Positions 1-9,115 of a stretch of 33,865 nucleotides of DNA are shown here, piece after piece; positions within the stretch are counted from its first letter, which is position 1, and each line of letters opens with the position of its first letter. Position numbers and translations under genes: made by a program. The notes below the pieces were generated by a model, which saw only the letters and a list, made by a program, of their open reading frames with translations, was not told the origin of the DNA and made no database searches. Origin of the DNA: Nemertoderma westbladi (lineage: Eukaryota; Animalia; Xenacoelomorpha); assembly GCA_032718475.1 (NCBI GenBank), contig JAUCBJ010005847.1, positions 1-33,865 of the forward strand, given 5' to 3'.

Positions 1-268
1 GATTTACACATTCAAAAGTTATTACAACTTTAGTGTCTGCAAGGCGCACTCCTAAACGGAACTCAATATTCAGTATTGGATTTAATTATCTAGTTGAGCT
101 GCTCTCTATTTAAATAAATAAATATTCCAGAACATTAAATTATTTTATTCCAAAATTGTAACATTACTCAACGCCGTTAGTAACAGCAAGTTGTTATTTA
201 GCACTTTACAACTTTAGAGGACATTACAGCATTGTATTGGCCTTTATATTTAGTATTGTATTTAGTGT

Positions 269-359
269 TATTGTTTGCGTGGTAACCCATGACGGCGTTA
301 AGTAATGTCCATTAAGGGGACATTACTTAACGCCGTCATTGGATACCACGTAAACAATA
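269..359. repeat. ~90-bp near-perfect palindrome (hairpin/MITE-like)
   Basis: Arm 269-310 is the reverse complement of 318-359 with 3 mismatches in 42 bp; 7-nt loop ATTAAGG. Confidence 0.85.
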
Positions 360-617
360 GGTGGAAATTTGCCTGACAGCCAGATAGGCCTACTGCATTA
401 CCTACCGGTAGGCGGGGTATAGCTATTAAAGGGTCTAGCTATATTTTTATAACATGGCTCCAAATACCACCATACATATAAGCTAACTTATTTATAACAT
501 AATTTATGTCATTTTTACATTTATTTATACAGCAACTACTGTAATATAATTTGTGTAGTTTCTATCAATTATAATGTATATGTACAATCATTTCGTAATG
601 TTAAAATTTTGGAATAA

Positions 618-773
618 AACTACATACATACTTGTTGCAAAGTACTTTACCGGGTTCTGATCCTCGTTGCTTTATTTTCACTCACTCACTAACGTTCGTT
701 CGTGTAGTGTAACAAAGCCACACGGATCATCACACTGTAAAGTGCTACTTTACACACAAGTATGTAAATAGTT
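618..773. mobile_element. Short imperfect-hairpin dispersed repeat (MITE-like), copy 1
   Basis: The ends are imperfect inverted repeats (aactacatacatacttgttgcaaagtactttac / gtaaagtgctactttacacacaagtatgtaaatagtt). A near-identical copy lies at 17248-17392. Confidence 0.75.
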
Positions 774-1249
774 ATAACATCGAGTAAGCATCAAGAGTTG
801 CAGAGTGAAATAATTTGAATCCCAGTAACTATGGAAGCAATATAGTAAAATACTGCAGTTCAATTTATTTTGTTAATTATTTCATTCTATATTTTATTAA
901 AGAATTAAGCGACAAAAGCGTACAATTTAAGAATAAAATTAAGTATTACATGAGAAAAAAACGTATAACTTATTTTCAATATTCTCTCGACCCTTTATTA
1001 ACCTCGCTTACGCTCGTTAAATAAAATACCTCGAAAATTTGAAAAAGTTATACTTTTTCCCAAGTAATAAATAATTAATTATTTAACATGAGCGCTCATG
1101 ATAACTAACTATCTTGAGTGTTCAAGGCAATAAAACTATTTTGCGCAAGCGGCTAAGATTGGTTGGTCTTATTTCACACCCACCAAATCAAATCAAAAGT
1201 ATCTTAATCGCTCAAGATAATCTTATAGATTGCAAAATTAATTGAGACA

Positions 1250-2832
1250 CTAACACTGACACGAATCCAGTTTGTCTTGGTATTTCCCAGCCGCCCATGG
1301 TGGAAGTGTAGGCTCCGGGGTTGTGGGCACTCCGTACAAGTTGCACGACTTCGGGCAGGTTTTCCATGTGAACCGCGAATTATTTTCGCATTCACCGATT
1401 TGAGCCCAGTATGCACAATCATCTTCACTGTCTTCTAGGTGGGCCAACTCTGGTGGGAGAGTGGGTGCTGGAGTTGTCGTGGTCGTTGTTGTCACATCGC
1501 CATAAATAGCACACGATCGGTGACAGTTTCTCCACATATACACGAAATTAGACTCACATAAACCGTCCTTTGCCCATCTCGCACAATTATCGTCTGTGTC
1601 CTCGAGATGGCTGAGTTCGGGTGGTAACGTTGGTGCTGGCGTGGTCGGCTGCCCGTACAGAATGCAGGAACGTCTGCATGTATTCCACATCATCCCCGGG
1701 TTGTTTTCGCAACCTCCAGTTTTCGCCCACCTTTCACACGCGTCGTTGTCATCCGTGGCATCTTCTAATCCCGGCGGAAGAGTCGGACCTGCGGTTGTGG
1801 CGACTCCATATAGAGCACATGATCTGTGGCAGCTGATCCACATATATGCCGCATTTGTCTCACAAAGTCCATCTTTAGCCCATCTTACACAACTATCTTG
1901 TGAATCTTCAAGATGCGCTAACTCAGGTGGTAAAGTTGGAGCAGCTGTTGTTGGTTCTCCATATAGTGCACACGATCTGTGGCAGCTGGCCCACATATAT
2001 ACCGCATTTGTCTCACAAAGTCCATCTTTAGCCCATCTTGCACAATTATCATCTGTGTCCTCGAGATGGCTGAGTTCGGGTGGTAACGTTGGTGCTGGCG
2101 TGGTCGGCTGCCCGTACAGAATGCAGGAACGTCTGCATGTATTCCACATCATTCCCGGGTTGTTTTCGCAACCTCCAGTTTTCGCCCACCTTTCACACGC
2201 GTCGTTGTCATCCGTGGCATCTTCTAATCCCGGCGGAAGAGTCGGACCTGCGGTTGTAGCCACTCCATATAGAGCACATGATCTGTGGCAGCTGATCCAC
2301 ATATATGCCGCATTTGTCTCACAAAGTCCATCTTTAGCCCATCTTACGCAACTATCTTGTGAATCTTCAAGATGCGCTAACTCAGGTGGTAAAGTTGGAG
2401 CAGCTGTTGTTGGTTCTCCATATAGTGCACACGATTTGTGGCAGCTGGTCCACATATATGCCGCATTTGTCTCACAGAGTCCATCTTTAGCCCATCTTAC
2501 ACAACTATCTTGTGAATCTTCAAGATGCGCTAACTCAGGTGGTAAAGTTGGAGCAGCTGTTGTTGGTTCTCCATATAGCGCACACGATTTGTGGCAATTG
2601 TTCCACATATTTGCCGCATTTGTCTCACAGAGTCCATCTTTAGCCCATCTTGCACAATTATCATCTGAATCTTCAAGATGCGCTAACTCAGGTGGTAAAG
2701 TTGGAGCAGCTGTTGTTGGTTCTCCATATAGTGCACACGATTTGTGGCAGTTGTTCCACATCCATTGAGGATTGCTTTCGCAGTTCCCGCTTTTAGCCCA
2801 TCCTTCACAACCAGGTCTTCCATCTTCTAGCT
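1250..2832 (-). CDS. Exon 2 of a secreted multi-ShKT-like domain protein (10 units of ~51 aa with Thr/Pro-rich linkers)
   Basis: Repeated motif D-x4-C-x2-W-A-x2-G-x-C-E-x-N-x3-M-W-x2-C-x2-S-C matches the ShK/ShKT pattern. Minus-strand acceptor ...atatttacttttag|AG CTA GAA at 2833/2832 (phase 1). Stop TAG at 1252-1250. The TTG start at 2851 in the ORF track is intronic. Confidence 0.88.
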
Positions 2833-3922
2833 CTAAAAGTAAATATAACAAAAATATTCGATATTTTAAACAAAATGTTCAATTGTATATGTGGGGTAAA
2901 TCATGAGAGTCTTATCATGAGTAATTAGCAGATAATCTGTATTGTCCGTCTATCTATCTGTCTGTCTGTTTGTACACTAAATACACGTATATTCGTATGA
3001 TGAAAAGGAGTAGGCCTACATTAGACGCGCTACAATTTGCACCTTGGAGTACATATATTTTAGCTATTTAAATAAATTTGTATTCTCGGGCGAGCTAAAA
3101 CTAAGATGGGCTTTTGGAAATATATGAATATGATTAATTGAACCTGTACTAATTTACTTCCAGACATAATGATACACACTAACCTGCTACTGGTTTACAC
3201 TAACTTGATGTGACACACTAACCTAACCCTAAACTTGTTGTGAAACACTAACCTTCTCTCAGACCTGTTGTGATACACTGACCTTCTCTCAGCCTGATGT
3301 GACAGACTAACCTGATACCAGCCTGTTGTGACACACTAACCTGCTCCCAGACTCGTTGTGACACACTAACCAGCTCCCACACTCGTTGTGACACACTAAC
3401 CTACTCCCAGACTCGTTGTGACATACTAACCTGCTCCCAGACTCGTTGTAGGCCTAATACACTAACCTGCTCCCAGACTCGTTATGTCACACTAACCTGC
3501 TCCCAGACTCGTTGTGACACACTAACCTACTCCCAGACTCGTTGTGACACACTAACCTGCTCCCAGACTCGTTGTGACACACTAACCTGCTGCCAGACTC
3601 GTTGTGTCACACTAACCTGCTCCCAGACTCGTTGTGACACACTGACCTGCTCCCAGACTCGTTGTGACACACTAACCTGCTCCCAGACTCGTTGTAGGCC
3701 TAATACACTAACCTGCTCCCAGACTCGTTATGTCACACTAACCTGCTCCCAGACTCGTTGTGACACACTAACCTACTCCCAGACTCGTTGTGACATACTA
3801 ACCTGCTCCCAGACTCGTTGTGACACACTAACCAGCTCCCACACTCGTTGTGACACACTAACCTACTCCCAGACTCGTTGTGACACACTAACCTGCTCCC
3901 AGACTCGTTGTGACACACTAAC
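2833..3922 (-). other. GT-AG intron (1090 nt, phase 1) of the ShKT-like gene
   Basis: Donor GCAG|GTTAGT at 3923/3922 and acceptor TTTTAG| at 2833. The phases match (G+AG = Glu) and the joined CDS is 1644 nt, i.e. 547 aa plus stop. Confidence 0.78.
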
Positions 3923-3934
3923 CTGCTCCCAGAC
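3170..3934. repeat. 30-bp minisatellite, ~26 units (20 homogeneous plus ~6 diverged)
   Basis: Consensus gacacactaacctgctcccagactcgttgt. The core actaacc recurs every 30 bp from 3335 to 3917, with two 36-bp variant units. Degenerate units lie at 3170-3330. Confidence 0.95.
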
Positions 3935-3983
3935 ATGATTTTATACACAACAATACGATAACAACTATGGTTGTGTTAGTCAT
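3923..3983 (-). CDS. Signal-peptide exon (exon 1) of the ShKT-like protein: MTNTTIVVIVLLCIKSCLGA
   Basis: Hand translation from ATG at 3983-3981 gives a hydrophobic core IVVIVLLC and a small-residue cleavage region (SCLGA). It ends at a donor AG|GTTAGT in the phase required by exon 2. Confidence 0.78.
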
Positions 3984-4333
3984 CCTTCTCCTCTTTGGCG
4001 GCTCATTCCACCCACCATCTGACGTAAATATCATTGACCAGGAACGTATATGACAATATATTACGTAATTATCACAATGGAATCAAATATGGATATCTCT
4101 ATTACATTCCGTAATTCACACCATTGTGTAACTATGTACCTGTAGTTAACGTAATGTGCCGGCAATAAACTACCGATTCTACACACAGTGAAAAGGAAAA
4201 CTAGCGCCTTTTGAGAAACACGGGTACAATATTTAAATCGCATTTCATTTCTAAGGTTATTCCTTATATGGTCGCTAAATACATATCTCCGCTGAAACAG
4301 GGCGGCTGTCAGTACTGCCGTACCGGTGTCACA

Positions 4334-4610
4334 GGCGAAAATTACCCCCCCCCCCCCCCCCCCCGCGCGGATTACCCCCCTGGCATTTTCGCCTAGAGCC
4401 ATATTCCCCCCAGAGCATTTTCACCCCAGATTTCGAGAGTGGCGGTCCGAAACCGTAATTAAAACTGTTATGTAACCCTACCCTTAATTCATCTGGCTCT
4501 AATCTAAGAAATTTTGTGGAATTTTGGACTCTTGTTAATGGTAATGTCTTAGCGTTAGGGTTACATGACAGTTTTACTTAGGGTTTGGGCCTGACCAACT
4601 AACCCTAACA
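4334..4610. repeat. Degenerate repeat remnant with poly-C tract and internal inverted repeat
   Basis: Poly-C run at about 4344-4364. aaaactgttatgtaacccta (~4461) pairs with tagggttacatgacagtttt (~4557). Confidence 0.45.
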
Positions 4611-5144
4611 ATAGAATGTAGAAACAATATTTGTTCTGTGCGCTGCGGCCTGCCTGGACTACAGTTTGGTATTGCATCGGTACGACGGGTAAGAACAGAC
4701 ATATTGCATCACAGATCTAGTAATGTTGGGTGAGGGCTGTGGAATGACAAACTAGGGTGTGGTATTTGCCCCGAGAGCGGAGAGCTAGGGTGAGGGCGAA
4801 CCTAGAATACCGTACCACTTTCCTGAAAGAATACTCATACTTTACATTATTTCACATTAAATATTATACGCCGTAGCTCCACATCAAATTTGCTTTTTTG
4901 CCCACCGTATTTCACGCCGATTGGAAAATAAACATGTATTACAAGTACCGCCCATGTTTAAATGTTAGACAGAATCACGTTGCAGGGACACGACGTTCTC
5001 TTCATGCAATCAGACAGGAAGGAGTCTGTCATCAGGTATGTAGATTTATTGCCCTTATCTATACATAGGGACTTCGTCATTAATATTTATATTTTGTTAA
5101 TTTAAATTAGGTATTTTTGCATTAGGTACTTTTATATATTACAG

Positions 5145-5171
5145 CTAGTACTAGTACTAGTACTAGTACTA
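5145..5171. repeat. Palindromic microsatellite (TAGTAC)4
   Basis: ctagtactagtactagtactagtacta read directly. Confidence 0.85.
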
Positions 5172-7469
5172 TATAGTTGTATATATATTTACAATATAAT
5201 ATTAATATTTTTATGTACGCAATGCATTAATAAATATTTTACATAATTTATAAATATGATATAGGCCTACTTATTATTAAAAAAACTACATAAAATTACT
5301 ATGGTTTTTACAACAGTATAATTAAATTATTAATTCGATATAACTTAAATGTAATTTAATGTTACACAAACTGGATAAAATTATCCAAAAATTTGCTCGT
5401 GTGTGGTGTGTTAATAAAAAGCGTTATTATTAATATATCTTTTATTGGAATACATACACATACAGCAGACATGACAATGCCAGCACTTCACCATGCACCA
5501 TTCCATGATGAAGTCATATTGTCTTATCTATTCCTCAATATAACTGTTGAATAGGCTCTTTATCAATATTCTGGCCCAGCTGGAGACGTTACTGGTGTTC
5601 TATTGATCCTGTTATCATGTTTTTTTTTTGGGACATATCTTAATTTCGAGGGGCGTTTCATAATTGCGGGGAACACCAATTGATGGTACAAAGTGGTAAT
5701 CAATACTCTAGCTGTAATAGTGAAATTGAATTAAGTTGTTAGTTATGTTCAAATTTGTGACAATGGCACATCGCATGGTTTCTTAGATCTCTCTGGAATG
5801 ATAGTGTATGTTGACTTGTGAAACATACATTAACATCAACATGTATCTTTGTGACACTATAAAGTAGGCACTACAGTTAAAGACCTGATTTCTTTAAAAC
5901 TATCATTTAGGCCTACTTCATTCTTCATGACATTTTAACTAAGGTAGTTAAATTTAATTAAACGAATGCAATCTGAAACTACTGAAACTCTCAAACTACA
6001 TGAATTGTTGCCTATGTGCACTGTGTAGTGCACCCCAATGTCATTATTTATGTCATGTATGATGTGAAGTTTTCCTCTGATGATTTGTGCTAAAATTCTG
6101 ATATATTGCCCAGCTTGCTGACTATCTGGTATGCGGTGATGGCTTTATTTTTGGGTCTCAGATATTTATTCCTCTAGCGGCAGCCAGCAGAACTGCAGAG
6201 GAATAAGTCTCCTTTGAAAGACGCAGCTAATGGTCTAGTAAATTTCTGCTTATTTTAGCTTGAACGGATAAATAACAAAGAAATGGGAGGACATTCATGT
6301 TTAGACATATGTAGTTCTCTATTGAACTGAACTGATGATGTCGGAAAGTCCGTCAAAATCTCCCCAACCTTTGGTCCTATTGATGCCTACAAATTTTCGA
6401 CTCGGCAGCTCTAAATCTGACAAACTCTACAAATTAAAAAAGTGTAGTTTAAAAAAATTTACATTAAAAAATTGCCGCAAAAAAAGTTTCAAAATTCAGC
6501 AATATGGTTTCTGTAAGATATTCTTTGTGAGGTGGGCTTACTTATAACAATATGTCGAATAAATAATATTATTTCCCCGTATTAGGGATATTTAAAGAAG
6601 GTTACTCTTTTAAAATTTGGGGTCGAATTATGTAATGCTCCCTTGTTCTATGTCGAAATATTCAACATTGACAACAATAACAGTAAACAATAAACACTAA
6701 CATAGTACCAAAACTAATTTCTTACTTAATCGATGGAAAGATTAAATTGTTTTTAAATACGAAAACCATTGTAATAATAAGTGGCTGTATTTGTATGAGA
6801 ACTTCACATAGAGGCATCTTCAATGGAATGGGACCCGCAGTGAAACGGAATAAATGGCCCCAGCTGGTGCCATTATAGGAATAACCATGTATTAGAAATT
6901 ACGGCTAAGATGCAGTAAAGGCATTCCTTGAAATTTACACGGGTTTGATTTTGACTTATAGTCCACAGTTGATTAAGACTTCTTTCCATGCATGGTGCTG
7001 TAACAAATAGGATTCTACAAGGATAACGAACATGTATCTTAATGAGTTCATGACATAATACAAGCTGAAATTTAATTCTAACAATAGGATACGAGTTTGA
7101 GTTAGCTGCTGCTACATCAGCCCAGCGTGTAAATCTCACAAAGACATTTATAATTCTTTTGTGTTTTACACAATTACAATTACTCGAAATCCTTTTAGAT
7201 ATATAGGGTCTTCTTCAACCAGTGACGACTCAGCCCAACAATCCTGCGGCCCTTTGATTTCTTTGATTTATAAAAGTGATAATGAGATCCAATAAATTTG
7301 AAATAGACATAGTTTTGCCTCCCGAGTTTAGGTGGTGAGACGGAATTTTTTTTCACCTTCAAGAATTTTCACCTTCAAACATTTGCTACAAGATTTTAAC
7401 CAAAGTATCTCTTACATCAATTGCCAATATTGCACCAGTTGGGGTAACGTTGGTGAGGTGGACTTTGTT

Positions 7470-8118
7470 AACCCTCCTTATTTTCCCAATCAGTCTGCCT
7501 TAGCACATCATTATATACTGGTTGGTCCTCATGGCGAAAGCAATGTTCTGCAAAGCGGAGGCGGCTCCGTTCAAGAGTCAAGCTTGGTGAGACTAATGAA
7601 ACACCTCCAATGTTGTATAAAGTCTGGTTGTAGATGTGTTCATTCTCCTTGACACACAGTAAAACCAACGTAGCTTTCTAGTGAATGCGCCATCTAGAGA
7701 TTTTGAATCCTCCGCAGTAAGAGCCCAACATGGAATCATATAGGAGTTTTTGTTCTACAGCTGCCCTAAATAATCGAACAGACGATTCAGTGCTGCTCAT
7801 ACCTTCCCCTTTACGTATCCGAAGATCTTCACATGACTTCCTGATCCATAATCATAAGTCATCCACATGCTCAGGCATGCCATCCTTGGAGCTTATGATC
7901 ATAGGATCAGAAATTTCCTGAGGGCTGTCAAAGTTCACAAATTTTAGTTTTATTTCAGCCAGCAAGGTCTAGATCGGTAAGGTACTTTGCTGGTGTTACC
8001 ATCACCCCATATTTATTAAGATGATCTAAGGACATGCGTAGAACATAATCAACCACAATTATGAACATGAATGGTACAAGTGTGTTACCTTGAAGGACTC
8101 CCGATTTGACTTCGAATA
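7470..8118 (-). mobile_element. Decayed non-LTR retrotransposon RT fragment (RTE-like)
   Basis: Minus-strand translation across frames gives FEVKSGVLQGNTLVPFMFIIVVDYVLR, YLTDLD, RLFRAAVEQKLLY, LDGAFTRKLR and RLRFAEHCFRHED, matching RTE-type RT and C-terminal motifs. Stops and frameshifts are present. Confidence 0.85.
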
Positions 8119-9115
8119 CCGAAGGCAGTATCACCCTTAACCCTTACTGCGATCTGCCGCCTCAGGCAGAGGCGAGAGCATCATACCTTTTGCTCAGCCG
8201 TAGTGTGAAGCTGGATCTCACACTGGGCTGTTGCAACAGAGAGGACCATTCAAGCCGTGCCAAGGCAGATTTCGTAATTCTGCTAGTGCGGAGTAAGATT
8301 TTGATTTTTTTGAATTATAGATTTTCCCTAGTAAAACTTTGTGAAAATGACATAAAAAAATAATAATAAGACAAAAAATCTTAATTTAAATTAATTTTTG
8401 ACCCCGGCACATCTCGAATGAAACTTTTAATAGATGGGCTATTTATATTTTTTTTTTCAAAATTTAAATTTTGCACACAATTGTATTCCCACGTCTAGAT
8501 AGAGGCTATGGTATTCAAAATAGATGACAATTCAAAAATTAAACCTTAAAGCATATTTTTACCCTCTCACAAATCCAGCAAATATCAGATATTTTTGAAA
8601 ATACCCACCTCGAAAATTGCACTTTGTATTGGAGTTAATTATTTCTCCCATTGAAATATTACCCAATTGGTCTTAATAGAAATGGATACCAAATAAATCA
8701 TTTCGATTAGAACTTGTTGGTGGCCCCAGCACACATTCCTCATAAATAATCTACATTCAAATGATTGTTTTAAATATAGCATCTCATAATTTGTACAAAT
8801 ATCACTATGGATGCAAATCCAAGTTAATTTTCAGCAAATTATCCTCGGTTCCTAATAACTATTGGCGGGCCTAACTGCCGAATAAGGAACTGACCTTTAA
8901 TTTCATAAAAAATACCTTAAATTGGTATTAGATACTGTGTGAAAAAGAATACCTTTACATTTGAATTGGATCACTTGCTGTGGCGGTTGTGGTATATTGC
9001 AAGAATCAATGCCGCACTGGTGTCGCAGTTTGTTCCAGAATATAAGGCAGTGGTGATATTATTGTCCGGAATATAGTTATTACAATTTATTGTTAATTAG
9101 AACAAGGCCTACTAT

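Noticed and set aside
1596-2768. 390-aa plus-strand ORF
   Set aside because: Antisense shadow of the repetitive ShKT exon; a stop-free 153-bp unit repeated many times explains its length.
2833-2851. ORF-track start MLYLLL for the ShKT protein
   Set aside because: The TTG start lies in the intron's pyrimidine-rich acceptor region; the proper start is on the upstream exon.
3170-3934. CRISPR-like appearance of the 30-bp repeats, and the 71-aa ORF (SGSRLVCHNE)n at 3733-3948
   Set aside because: Units are head-to-tail with no unique spacers, there are no cas genes and the context is eukaryotic. The ORF is a by-product of a unit length divisible by 3.
4460-4610. Telomere-like TAACCC/TTAGGG hexamers
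   Set aside because: Only scattered single units inside a degenerate inverted repeat, not a telomeric array.
6780-7150. 88-aa minus-strand ORF with faint resemblance to transposon-associated OTU/vertnin-like sequence
   Set aside because: Similarity is too weak to support by eye; it needs a tBLASTx or HMM search.
8134-8330. TTAACCCTT as a possible piggyBac-type end next to the LINE fragment
   Set aside because: No matching opposite terminus or transposase was found.
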